DNA from: Vulcanimicrobiales bacterium
GTDB taxonomy: Bacteria > Vulcanimicrobiota > Vulcanimicrobiia > Vulcanimicrobiales > Vulcanimicrobiaceae
DNA: 12,179 bases
Assembly (NCBI GenBank): GCA_038231455.1
Contig: JBBRLI010000044.1
Span: 1 to 12,179 of the forward strand
Reading direction: 5' to 3'
The notes beneath the pieces are model-generated. The model was not told the origin of the DNA and made no database searches. It was given only the letters and a program-made list of their open reading frames with translations. Below, one piece after another: positions 1 to 8,392 of this stretch; positions within the stretch are counted from its first letter, which is position 1, and each line of letters starts with the position of its first letter. The position numbers and the translations under genes were made by a program.

Positions 1-1
1 G

Positions 2-604
2 ACGACCCGCGACACGATCGAGGAGACGATCGGGATCGACGGCGTGCTCGTGCGCCTCACCGACACCGCGGGCTTGCGCCGCACCGGCGACCCGATCGAG
101 CGCGCGGGGATCGAACGCACCCACGCCAGCCTTGCGGGAAATCGTGTCGCGCTCGTGGTGATCGACGGCTCTCGGCCGCTCGACGCGGATGGGCGAGCGG
201 CGCTCGATGCCGCAAGTGACCGGCCGCGGATCGTCTTCTGCAACAAGAGCGACCTTGGCCGCGCCGTTGCCGATGCCGACATCCCGCAGGGCGCGATCGT
301 CGGATCGGTCTACGATCCGCTGACGCTTGCGGCGCTCCGCGAGGCGATTGCTTGGCTCGGTTGGGGTGGCGAAGCGCCGGATTTCGCGCGTCCGCATTTG
401 GCCAGCGCCCGTCAGGCGGATGCCGTTGCTACTGCGCAGCGTGCGATCCACCACGCGCGCGAGACGATCGAAAATGATGCTCCGATCGATCTTGCCGCGC
501 CCGACTTACTCGCCGCCTCCGCAGCCTTAGGCCTCGTAAGCGGCGGGGAGGCAAACGAAGCCGTGGTGACCGGCATCTTCGCGCGCTTCTGCATCGGCAA
601 ATGA
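2..604 (+). CDS. mnmE: tRNA modification GTPase MnmE/TrmE, C-terminal part (5' end outside window)
   Basis: Frame is open from base 2: TTRD (G2), DTAG (G3), NKSD (G4) and the diagnostic C-terminal FCIGK; lies directly upstream of mnmG. Confidence 0.97.
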   Translation, partial: TTRDTIEETIGIDGVLVRLTDTAGLRRTGDPIERAGIERTHASLAGNRVALVVIDGSRPLDADGRAALDAASDRPRIVFCNKSDLGRAVADADIPQGAIVGSVYDPLTLAALREAIAWLGWGGEAPDFARPHLASARQADAVATAQRAIHHARETIENDAPIDLAAPDLLAASAALGLVSGGEANEAVVTGIFARFCIGK

Positions 605-610
605 TACGAT
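602..610 (+). promoter_or_regulatory. Candidate extended -10 promoter (TG-A-TACGAT) for a leaderless mnmG transcript
   Basis: TGnTAnnnT match overlapping the mnmE stop, followed by 7 nt (gggcctc) and ATG 618; no Shine-Dalgarno visible. Inference from motif geometry only. Confidence 0.45.
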
Positions 611-617
611 GGGCCTC

Positions 618-2501
618 ATGATTACAAGCGATGCGGGCGTCATCGTGGTGGGCGGCGGTCACGCCGGCCTCGAAGCCGCCCGCGCATCGGCCCGGCTCGG
701 CGTTCCGACGTTGCTAGTAACGGGCGATCCGGAGAAGATCTGCACGCTGCCGTGCAATCCATCGATCGGCGGGAGCGCCAAAGGCCAGCTCGTGCGCGAG
801 ATTGATGCGCTCGGCGGCGCAATGGGCGAACTCATCGATGGGTGTTCGCTGCATTCGCGCATGCTCAACGAATCCAAAGGCCCGGCGGTCTGGGCGCTGC
901 GCGCGCAAGCCGATAAGCCCGCCTACGCCCGGCTCGCGCGCGAAGCGCTGGCCGGCGAGCCGCACCTGAGGATCGTCGCGGGAATGGTCGAAGATCTCAT
1001 CATCAGCGCGGGCGCCGTGCGCGGCGTCGAGTGCGCCGACGGCTCGCGGTATTACGCAGACAACGTCGTGTTAGCGACGGGGACGTTTCTCGGCGGCACG
1101 ATTTTTCGCGGCGAACATTCGGAGGCTGCGGGGCGTTTTGGCGAAGCGCCGGCGATCGGTTTGTCCGCAGCGCTTGGACGCGCGGGGTTTCCGCTTGCGC
1201 GCTTGAAAACCGGAACGCCGCCGCGCATCGCGCGCACGAGCGTCGATTACACGCAGATGTCTGCGCAATTACCGAGTGCGATCCCGCTTCCGTTTTCGTA
1301 TCGCAGCGCGGTGCGTTTCGCCGGTCCGCAAGTCCCGTGTTACATCGTCGAGACCAACGATCGCACGCACGCGCTGGTGCGCGAAAACTTGCATCGGTCG
1401 CCGCTCTACGGTCTCGATCTCATTCGCGGAATCGGTCCGCGCTATTGTCCCTCGATCGAAGACAAAGTCGTCAAGTTCGCGCACAATCCGACGCACCAAC
1501 TCTTCATCGAACCCGAGGGCTGGGACGAGCCGACGCTTTACGTCGGCGGATTTTCAACCTCGCTTCCCGCCGATGTGCAACTGCAAATGTTACAGACCTT
1601 GCCGGGGCTTGCCGAGGTCGTGATGCTGCGCGCGGGATACGCCGTCGAATACGATTTCGTGACGCCGACGGAACTCGATGCGTCCCTCGAAACGCGTCGT
1701 GTCGCGGGGCTCTTCCACTGCGGCCAGCTCAACGGAACATCGGGATACGAGGAAGCTGCCGCGCAAGGACTGATCGCCGGTATCAATGCCGCAAAGCGCG
1801 CACGCGGTGATGCGCCGCTGCGGCTTGGACGCGAAGAAGCATACATCGGCGTGCTCATCGACGATCTCGTGACGAAGGGCGTCGACGAGCCTTACCGCAT
1901 GATGACCTCGCGCGCCGAACATCGCGTCGTGTTGCGCACGGACAACGCCGATCTGCGTTTGATGCCGGTGGGAAGCGCGCTCGGCCTGATCGGCGATGCC
2001 GATTTTGCTGCGTTCGAAGAGCGGCGCGACGCAATCGCGGCGGGCATAGCCACCGCCGAACGCACGCGCCTCAAAGCAACGACGATCGCCGGCGTCGATG
2101 TGCCCGCCGGTACGTCGCTTGCCGATGCGTTACGCCGACCGACCCTCGAAGCGGTCGACGTCGCGCCGCTCTTTCCCGAACCACCGCCGCCGGCGATTGC
2201 CGAGCGCATCGCAATCGAAATCAAACTTGCGGGCTACGTGAAGCGGCAAGATGTTGCGATCGAAGCCGCGCGCAAGGACGAGCGCCGCGTGTTGCCCGAC
2301 GTTCTCGACTACCGCAGCGTTCGTGGGCTCTCGCTCGAAGCGCGCGAGAAGTTCGGCGCGCGACGTCCGCGTACGCTCGCTGCGGCAAGTCGTATTCCGG
2401 GCATAACGCCCTCCGATATCGCCGTACTACGCGTGTATTTGCACGCAAACCCCGACGCGGAACTCGACCAGGCGCTCGTCCAACCGGTTGGTCGGGCGTG
2501 A
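618..2501 (+). CDS. mnmG: tRNA uridine-5-carboxymethylaminomethyl modification FAD enzyme MnmG/GidA
   Basis: [13 protein letters not shown] motif, [54 protein letters not shown]. The ORF track starts at ATG 609; ATG 618 is preferred from promoter geometry. Confidence 0.98.
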   Translation: MITSDAGVIVVGGGHAGLEAARASARLGVPTLLVTGDPEKICTLPCNPSIGGSAKGQLVREIDALGGAMGELIDGCSLHSRMLNESKGPAVWALRAQADKPAYARLAREALAGEPHLRIVAGMVEDLIISAGAVRGVECADGSRYYADNVVLATGTFLGGTIFRGEHSEAAGRFGEAPAIGLSAALGRAGFPLARLKTGTPPRIARTSVDYTQMSAQLPSAIPLPFSYRSAVRFAGPQVPCYIVETNDRTHALVRENLHRSPLYGLDLIRGIGPRYCPSIEDKVVKFAHNPTHQLFIEPEGWDEPTLYVGGFSTSLPADVQLQMLQTLPGLAEVVMLRAGYAVEYDFVTPTELDASLETRRVAGLFHCGQLNGTSGYEEAAAQGLIAGINAAKRARGDAPLRLGREEAYIGVLIDDLVTKGVDEPYRMMTSRAEHRVVLRTDNADLRLMPVGSALGLIGDADFAAFEERRDAIAAGIATAERTRLKATTIAGVDVPAGTSLADALRRPTLEAVDVAPLFPEPPPPAIAERIAIEIKLAGYVKRQDVAIEAARKDERRVLPDVLDYRSVRGLSLEAREKFGARRPRTLAAASRIPGITPSDIAVLRVYLHANPDAELDQALVQPVGRA

Positions 2502-3175
2502 ACGAGGAGCTGACAGCGCTTTTGCGCGCTGGTGGGGTCAACGCGGCCCTTGCGCAGCGGCTAGCGGCGTATGGGACGCTGCTCTTGACGACCAATCGCG
2601 ACGTCAACCTCACTGGTGCAAAGTCGCCCGAAGCGCTGGCCCCGCATCTCATCGACGCGCTCAGCCTCGCGCCCGACGTTCGCGGTCCGTTGATCGACAT
2701 CGGGACCGGCGGCGGATTACCAGGCATTCCGCTCGCCCTCGCCACCGGCGTTCGCGTGACGCTCGTTGATGCCGTCAAGAAAAAAGTGGTGTTCTTGCAG
2801 CATGCGCTGCACGAACTTGGCCTCGAAGGCGAGGCCATAGACGGCCGCGCCGAGGTGCTCGGGCAAGATCCCGTCTACCGCGAACGCTTTCTCACGGCGA
2901 CCGCGCGTGCCGTCGCAAGCGCCCCCACCGTGGCCGAGCTGACGGTCCCGTTTTTGAGCGTCGGCGGGCGCGCGCTGTTACAGCGTGGTGCGCTCGACGA
3001 TCGCGAGCGAGATGCCGTCCGTGATGCCGCGCTCGTTCTTGGAGCAAGCTTGGTTGACGAGCGCTTGCTCGATGGCGAGCGGCGCATTCTGATTCTCGAG
3101 AAGACGAGCGTGACGCAAGGCCGCTTCCCGCGCCGCAACGGGATCCCCGATAAGCGACCCCTCTGTTTCACGTGA
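2498..3175 (+). CDS. rsmG: 16S rRNA m7G527 methyltransferase RsmG/GidB
   Basis: NLTG...HLIDAL, SAM-binding [21 protein letters not shown]-terminal [17 protein letters not shown] overlap with the mnmG stop. Confidence 0.96.
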   Translation: MNEELTALLRAGGVNAALAQRLAAYGTLLLTTNRDVNLTGAKSPEALAPHLIDALSLAPDVRGPLIDIGTGGGLPGIPLALATGVRVTLVDAVKKKVVFLQHALHELGLEGEAIDGRAEVLGQDPVYRERFLTATARAVASAPTVAELTVPFLSVGGRALLQRGALDDRERDAVRDAALVLGASLVDERLLDGERRILILEKTSVTQGRFPRRNGIPDKRPLCFT

Positions 3176-3179
3176 AACA
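3164..3179. promoter_or_regulatory. parS: parS centromere site 1 (perfect palindrome TGTTTCACGTGAAACA)
   Basis: Exact match to the established chromosomal parS consensus; parAB lies about 1.4 kb downstream. Confidence 0.96.
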
Positions 3180-4569
3180 CGCCCTAGACGCCCGGTTGGC
3201 GCGCGTGTTTGGTGTGGACGCATTATTCGCTGTGGGCGGAAGTGTTCGAGATGACCTCCGTGTCGAGCTGGGTCAGTCAACTCAGCCTGCCAAGGACCGC
3301 GACTACGTTGTCGTCGGGCTCGAACTTGACGAGGTGATCGCCCGGTTGCGAACGATCGGGCGCGTCGACATCGTCGGGGCGTCGTTCGCGGTGCTCAAAT
3401 TCCGCTCGGACGACGGCGATGCCGACGTCGCGCTCCCGCGTCTTGAGCGCTCGACGGGCGCCGGACACCGGGATTTTGCCGTCGAGAGCGGCCCGGATGT
3501 GTCGCTCGCCGACGATTTAGGGCGACGGGACTTTCGCATGAATATGATCGCGCGTCGGATCGCCGACGACGCGTTAATCGATCCGCACGGGGGCGTTGCC
3601 GATGTTACCGCGCGCCGGATCGACCTCGTGCGTCCCCAGGCCTTCGAAGAAGATCCGCTGCGAATGCTGCGCGCCGCGCAGTTTGCCGCGCGATTCGATT
3701 ACTCGCTCACGCCCGCAACCGGCGCTGCGATGACCGCCTCGGCCCCACTTGTGACGTCGGTTTCGGCGGAGCGGATCGGCGAGGAGCTCGGGAAGTTGCT
3801 CGCGCTGGCGCCGCAGCCATCGGTTGGTCTGGAGATCTTGCGCGAACACGGTCTGCTCGCGCTGGTGTGGCCGGAAGTTCTGGAGGGGGTGGGCGTCGAT
3901 CAAAACGAGTGGCACGCCTACGATGTCTATCGCCATAACCTCGTGACGCTCGACGCCGTCCCGCCCGGCGACATTATTCTGCGCCTTGCCGCACTCTTGC
4001 ACGACGTTGGCAAGCCGCGGACCAAGGATGGCCCACATTTCTACCGACACGAGCACGTCGGGGCCGATCTGATTCCCGCAATGCTGGAACGCATCCGGTT
4101 ACCGCACGACACAATCGCCACGGTGCAGCACCTCGTTCGGATGCACATGTACAGCAACGACCCCGAGGCGCAGCCAAAAACCATTCGCCGATTCGTACAG
4201 CGTATCGGGGTCGAGCATCTGGGCCGGCTCTTTGCTTTGCGAGCAGCCGATATCGCCGGAAGTGGCCTACCCAAGCGGGACGACGCAAACGAACGTTTCG
4301 AGGCGCGAGTCGCGTCGATCGTCGCCGAGGCGCCTCCCTTTACGGTCAAGGATCTTGCCATCGGCGGCGCCGACGTGATTGCTGCCTTGCAGCGTCGCGG
4401 GCTCGTGGCCGCCGGATATCGCGGTGACGAACGGGTCGGAGACGCGCTGCGCTGGCTCTTCGAGCAGGTCACTGATGAGCCAAGTCGTAATCAGCCCGAC
4501 CTGCTGGCCGCCCTGATCGAGCGTTATTTGGACGCCGAGAAGCCGCGCGCGGCCGCGCATCCGAAGTAG
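3172..4569 (+). CDS. cca: Class II CCA tRNA nucleotidyltransferase / poly(A) polymerase family protein with HD phosphohydrolase domain
   Basis: VGGSVRD...DRD catalytic motif, loop ERSTGAGHRDF, DLGRRDF, EDPLRMLRA templating motif, SAERIGEEL, HD domain (H...ALLHDVGKP...HEHVGA); GTGA overlap with the rsmG stop. Confidence 0.9.
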   Translation: MKHALDARLARVFGVDALFAVGGSVRDDLRVELGQSTQPAKDRDYVVVGLELDEVIARLRTIGRVDIVGASFAVLKFRSDDGDADVALPRLERSTGAGHRDFAVESGPDVSLADDLGRRDFRMNMIARRIADDALIDPHGGVADVTARRIDLVRPQAFEEDPLRMLRAAQFAARFDYSLTPATGAAMTASAPLVTSVSAERIGEELGKLLALAPQPSVGLEILREHGLLALVWPEVLEGVGVDQNEWHAYDVYRHNLVTLDAVPPGDIILRLAALLHDVGKPRTKDGPHFYRHEHVGADLIPAMLERIRLPHDTIATVQHLVRMHMYSNDPEAQPKTIRRFVQRIGVEHLGRLFALRAADIAGSGLPKRDDANERFEARVASIVAEAPPFTVKDLAIGGADVIAALQRRGLVAAGYRGDERVGDALRWLFEQVTDEPSRNQPDLLAALIERYLDAEKPRAAAHPK

Positions 4570-4572
4570 AAT
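4567..4572 (+). promoter_or_regulatory. Candidate -10 element TAGAAT upstream of parA
   Basis: One mismatch from TATAAT, overlaps the cca stop, 7 nt before ATC 4580; no recognisable -35. Confidence 0.35.
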
Positions 4573-4579
4573 CGAGACT

Positions 4580-5371
4580 ATCACGACTGTTTCACGTGGA
4601 ACACGTGTCATCGCGATCGTCAACCAGAAAGGCGGCGTCGGCAAGAGCACGACGGCGGTCAATCTGGGTGCATCGCTCGCCTTAGGTGGCGAACGCGTTC
4701 TTATTATCGACGTCGACCCACAGGGCAATACGACGACCGGCGTCGGCATCAACAAACGCGAGCTTGAGAAGGACGTTTATTCGATCTTGCTCGAGGGCGC
4801 ATCCGTCGCCGATGTTGTCCGCCCGACCGCAATCCCCGGGCTATCGATCGTCCCCGCGACCCTCAATCTGGCGGGCGCCGAGATCGAACTCGTCTCGGCC
4901 CTCCAGCGCGAAGGCCGGCTTAAAAACGCGCTTCGTGCGGCGGCCGACGATTACGACTACATGCTCATCGACTGCCCGCCCTCACTCGGGTTGCTCACGA
5001 TCAACGCCCTCACGGCGGCAACGGACGTCATCATCCCGGTCCAAGCGGAATTCTACGCCCTCGAAGGGCTCTCGCAGCTAACGTCGATCGTGCGCCGCAT
5101 CCGTGAGGCGCTCAATCCCGAACTCACGATTCTCGGCGTCCTGATCACGATGTACGACGGCCGCACGAAACTCGCAGCCGAGGTCATCGACGAATTGCAT
5201 CGCTACTTCCCCGACCAGCTCTTCAAAACGCAGATCCCGCGCAATATCCGTCTCTCGGAGGCACCGTCGTTCGGACAGCCGGGCGTCGTGTTCGACGTGA
5301 AGAGTCGTGGCGCGCAAGCCTACCTACAATTCGCCCGCGAAGTAACCGAAGCGATCGGGGCCACGCGATGA
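4580..5371 (+). CDS. parA: Chromosome partitioning ATPase ParA/Soj (start codon uncertain, apparently non-canonical)
   Basis: The frame of the 4787..5371 ORF extends upstream without stops through RVIAIVNQKGGVGKSTTAVNL (deviant Walker A, 4628-4648) and IDVDPQGN; downstream IDCPPSLG and IPRNIRLSEAPSFG. The ORF-track start at 4787 omits the Walker A. Gene identity is firm, the start coordinate is tentative. Confidence 0.93.
   Translation: MTTVSRGTRVIAIVNQKGGVGKSTTAVNLGASLALGGERVLIIDVDPQGNTTTGVGINKRELEKDVYSILLEGASVADVVRPTAIPGLSIVPATLNLAGAEIELVSALQREGRLKNALRAAADDYDYMLIDCPPSLGLLTINALTAATDVIIPVQAEFYALEGLSQLTSIVRRIREALNPELTILGVLITMYDGRTKLAAEVIDELHRYFPDQLFKTQIPRNIRLSEAPSFGQPGVVFDVKSRGAQAYLQFAREVTEAIGATR
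4588..4603. promoter_or_regulatory. parS: parS centromere site 2 (TGTTTCACGTGGAACA)
   Basis: One mismatch from the perfect palindrome; the reverse complement TGTTCCACGTGAAACA fits the TGTTNCACGTGAAACA consensus. Confidence 0.93.
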
Positions 5372-6231
5372 GCGCGCCGAAGCGGGGTCTTGGCCGAGGC
5401 CTGGACGCACTGCTCGGCGACGATCGCCATGGCGGCGGTTCGCGCGGCTTGCAAACGATCGCCGTGACGCGCATTGTCCCTAATCCCAGCCAGCCGCGAA
5501 CCGTCTTCGATGCCGCCGCGCTCGAAGAACTCCGCGCGTCGATCGCCGCTTTCGGCGTCCTCGTGCCGATCCTCGTCCGCCCGCGCGGGACCGACTACGA
5601 GCTTATCGCCGGCGAACGCCGCTGGCGCGCGGCCACAGCGGCTGGTCTCGAAGCGATCCCGGCGATCGTTCGCGAGGCCGATGACCGCGAAAGCCTCGAG
5701 GTCGCGATTATCGAGAACCTCCAACGCGAAAATCTCGATCCGCTCGAAGAGGCGATGGGCTTCGCGCACCTGATGGAGTCGTTCGGCTTTACACAGGAGC
5801 GGGTCGCCGAACGGGTCGGGCGGAGCCGCCCCGCAATTGCCAATGCACTCCGTCTCTTAGGTCTCTCCGATGCGATCAAAGCGCTCGTCCGCAGCGGAAC
5901 GCTCTCCGTTGGGCACGCGCGTGCGCTGCTGGCGTTTCCGGAACCCGACCGCGAAGCGTTCGCCTACCGCGTTGTCCGCGAGGGACTGACCGTGCGTGCG
6001 GTCGAGGCGGCCGCCAGCGCCGCCGCGCCGTCGAAGCGTCCCCCGCTCCCGACACGCTTGCGGACCGCTCGTGCGGCCGACCTGGATGATGTCGAGGGCC
6101 GTTTGCGGTACCGTTTCGCGACACACGTGAGTATCGTCCCCGCCGGTGACGGCGGTTCGGTAACCTTGCGCTATGCGGGTGAAGCCGATCTCATGCGAAT
6201 TGTCGATCTGCTCCTGGGAGAGACCCCGTGA
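5368..6231 (+). CDS. parB: Chromosome partitioning CTPase ParB/Spo0J
   Basis: N-terminal KRGLGRGLDALL ParA-stimulating peptide, PNPSQPR, AGERRWRA arginine patch, IENLQRENL, HTH GRSRPAIANALRLL, SVGHARAL; ATGA overlap with parA. Confidence 0.97.
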   Translation: MSAPKRGLGRGLDALLGDDRHGGGSRGLQTIAVTRIVPNPSQPRTVFDAAALEELRASIAAFGVLVPILVRPRGTDYELIAGERRWRAATAAGLEAIPAIVREADDRESLEVAIIENLQRENLDPLEEAMGFAHLMESFGFTQERVAERVGRSRPAIANALRLLGLSDAIKALVRSGTLSVGHARALLAFPEPDREAFAYRVVREGLTVRAVEAAASAAAPSKRPPLPTRLRTARAADLDDVEGRLRYRFATHVSIVPAGDGGSVTLRYAGEADLMRIVDLLLGETP

Positions 6232-7052
6232 ACGTCCGAGTCGTCGCTTCCCTCGCGCTCAGCGCTGCGCTCCTTGGCGCTGCTCCCAAACCGGCCTTCG
6301 GGCCGCTTCCGGGAGGTGGGCAAACACAAGCGGTCACCGCCTATCTGGCCGCGCTCAAACGCGCCGATTACGCGGCGGCCTTCGCCGTGCTCTCGTCGCG
6401 CGACCGCAAGTATTTTCGCAATGCGCAAAATTTCGCATCGATCTTTACCGCCGATGCCCTCGCGCTGCGTTCGTTCAAGCTGCTCGGCGCAAAAGGCGAC
6501 GAGCGCGGGCGCGTGTTCTTTGCGCATGAATCACTCGGCTTCTACAACCACCTCAAAAACGAGCGTTTCAAAGGCGAGGTCGACGTGGTCCTGGGCGCAC
6601 TCAACGATCACGGCTGGAAAGTGCGCGACCTCGGCCACCCCTGGAAAGCCTACGCGGCCGATACGACCCAGACGATTAGCGATCTGCGGGTCCAAATCCG
6701 CAAAGTCAGTTACTTCGAGCGCCGCATCGAGATCATCGTCAACTTCGCGAATCTCGGCTCGTCGTTTGTGACCGTACTGCCGTACGGGAAGTCCGTCTTG
6801 CGCGATGACCGCGGCAACGTCTACCGCATTCTGGCGACCAAAGATCCGCTCTTAACCGACCGCCAGCTCTTCATTGGGTTACGCCTTGCGCCCAATGCCC
6901 AGTACAGCGGGGCGCTCCAATTCGAGACGCCGGTGCTCGACGATCGAGCGCATGCGCTGAGCCTGACGATTGCTCCGTTTTTACGCGATGCATCCGATGC
7001 GCCCGGCGAAATTTCGTTCAGCGCAATTCCCGCCGTAGCGAACCCGCGCTAG
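6228..7052 (+). CDS. Hypothetical exported protein
   Basis: GTG overlapping the parB stop, preceded by GGGAG; signal-peptide-like N-terminus (RVVASLALSAALLGAAP); NTF2-like opening (AVTAYLAALKRADYAAAFAVLS) and a beta-rich C-terminal half. Function not recognised. Confidence 0.8.
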   Translation: MNVRVVASLALSAALLGAAPKPAFGPLPGGGQTQAVTAYLAALKRADYAAAFAVLSSRDRKYFRNAQNFASIFTADALALRSFKLLGAKGDERGRVFFAHESLGFYNHLKNERFKGEVDVVLGALNDHGWKVRDLGHPWKAYAADTTQTISDLRVQIRKVSYFERRIEIIVNFANLGSSFVTVLPYGKSVLRDDRGNVYRILATKDPLLTDRQLFIGLRLAPNAQYSGALQFETPVLDDRAHALSLTIAPFLRDASDAPGEISFSAIPAVANPR

Positions 7053-7077
7053 ACAAGGAACCCCAGGCGAGGGCGCC

Positions 7078-7129
7078 AAAAGGTCGACGGCCCGACGGTG
7101 AAACTTTTCAGAAGGCCGTCGAGCCTTTT
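7078..7129. terminator. Long intergenic hairpin; possible intrinsic terminator or structured leader
   Basis: AAAAGGTCGACGGCC (7078-7092) pairs with GGCCGTCGA-g-CCTTTT (7114-7129) with one bulge; small inner stem TGAA/TTCA. The T-tract is short. Confidence 0.45.
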
Positions 7130-7151
7130 CTCGTGCCTACGGGAGTTTTTC

Positions 7152-7739
7152 ATGCGTCGTCTCGTCCTTAGTCTCGCCGTCGTTTGCGCGAGTGCCGTGT
7201 TCTCTGCGTGCGCCGGCTCCGGCGGCTACGCGTTCAATAATTCAAACAGCGGTAAAATCGACCGCGTGCTTTTTAGCGCGGGTAATGCCGCCGGCGGCAT
7301 CTTCAAACTTGCCGCCAACCCCACTCAGCCGCTGCTGATCGCCGCGGTTGGCGCGAAGGGTTCGCAGAACGCGATTGTTCCGGACACGACCTTCGTGTGG
7401 TCGGCATCGCTTGCATCGGGCGGACAAGTCTACGGAAACAACATCAACGGTGCAACCGGCACCTGCCCGGTTCCGGCCGCTGGTTCGATCATCAACCAAG
7501 GCCTCGTGACATCGCCGCTCGCGCTGCGCTTCCCCTCGTCCAGCCCGACGACGGGTTCGACGGCCACCGGCACCGCGAACGTCATCACGAATCTTGCGCC
7601 GTGGGATCCGACGTTCCAATCGGATTCGGTCTTCGTGATTCCCCTCAATAACGTCCCCGCACCGTATTGCTTGACGATTCAAGCGACGCACTCGGGTGAC
7701 GGCGTGTTCGGTACGACAGTCGTCCTCGTCAGCAACTAA
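7152..7739 (+). CDS. Hypothetical lipoprotein
   Basis: GGGAG (7141-7145) before ATG 7152; MRR + hydrophobic stretch + lipobox-like FSA-C, then G/S/N/T-rich mature part with two further Cys. Preferred over the GTG 7098 start, which lies in the hairpin. Confidence 0.8.
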   Translation: MRRLVLSLAVVCASAVFSACAGSGGYAFNNSNSGKIDRVLFSAGNAAGGIFKLAANPTQPLLIAAVGAKGSQNAIVPDTTFVWSASLASGGQVYGNNINGATGTCPVPAAGSIINQGLVTSPLALRFPSSSPTTGSTATGTANVITNLAPWDPTFQSDSVFVIPLNNVPAPYCLTIQATHSGDGVFGTTVVLVSN

Positions 7740-7774
7740 GACTCATCACCGATCTTCGTGAAGACGGAGAGCGC

Positions 7775-8392
7775 ATGCGCTCTCCGTTTTTCTTTTCCGG
7801 GATCTATGCGATTCTCGACCCGAAGCGGGGCGATCCGATTGCGTATGCGCGCGCACTACTCGCCGGTGGCGTGCGCGTCGTGCAAGTCCGCGCGAAGAGT
7901 GGAATCGATCGTGATTTGCTTCGCATGCTCGTTTCCACGGTACGCGGGTACAATGGCATCGTGATCGTCAACGACGACGTCGATGCGGCATTGGAAGCCG
8001 ACGGCGTTCACCTCGGCCAAGAAGACGCTGCGCGGTACGATCTGCCGGCGCTGCGTGCATCCATAGGCAATCGCATCCTCGGGCTCTCGTGTGGAACACC
8101 TCTCGAAGCGCAGCGCGTTGACCCGGCGATCGTCGACTATCTTGGCGTTGGTCCGATTTTCACGACGCGCTCGAAAGCCGATGCCGGCGCTGCGATCGGG
8201 ATAAGCGGCGTGCGCGCCGTCGTGGCGGTGACCAATCTGCCGTGCGTTGCGATCGGCGGAATCGACCGCACGAACGTAGCGCGCGTAAAAGAAAGCGGCG
8301 CGCAGATGGCGGCGATCATCTCGGCGCTCGCCGATGCGCACGATCCACAAATGCTCGCGCGCGAACTCACGCAGATCTGGAGTGCTTCATGA
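7775..8392 (+). CDS. thiE: Thiamine-phosphate synthase
   Basis: VQVRAK, IVNDD, ADGVHLGQED, DYLGVGPIFTTRSK, VAIGGI; GGAGA ribosome-binding site at 7766-7770. Confidence 0.95.
   Translation: MRSPFFFSGIYAILDPKRGDPIAYARALLAGGVRVVQVRAKSGIDRDLLRMLVSTVRGYNGIVIVNDDVDAALEADGVHLGQEDAARYDLPALRASIGNRILGLSCGTPLEAQRVDPAIVDYLGVGPIFTTRSKADAGAAIGISGVRAVVAVTNLPCVAIGGIDRTNVARVKESGAQMAAIISALADAHDPQMLARELTQIWSAS

Noticed and set aside
1031-1810. Long alternative-frame and antisense ORFs over the core genes (e.g. 1031..1810, 2221..2838, 8137..8748)
   Set aside because: Arg/Ala/Ser-rich shadow ORFs expected in high-GC coding DNA; they overlap well-supported genes and carry no motifs.
4596-4685. GTG inside parS2 as the parA start, by analogy with cca
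   Set aside because: It is out of frame with ParA and reaches TAG at 4683-4685; it would need a frameshift with no evident slippery site.
7053-7151. TPP or c-di-GMP-I riboswitch upstream of the thiamine genes
   Set aside because: No CUGAGA/ACCUGA TPP core, and no GNRA tetraloop/receptor or GCAAA cores placed as in the c-di-GMP-I aptamer; the 35-nt gap before thiE is too short for one.
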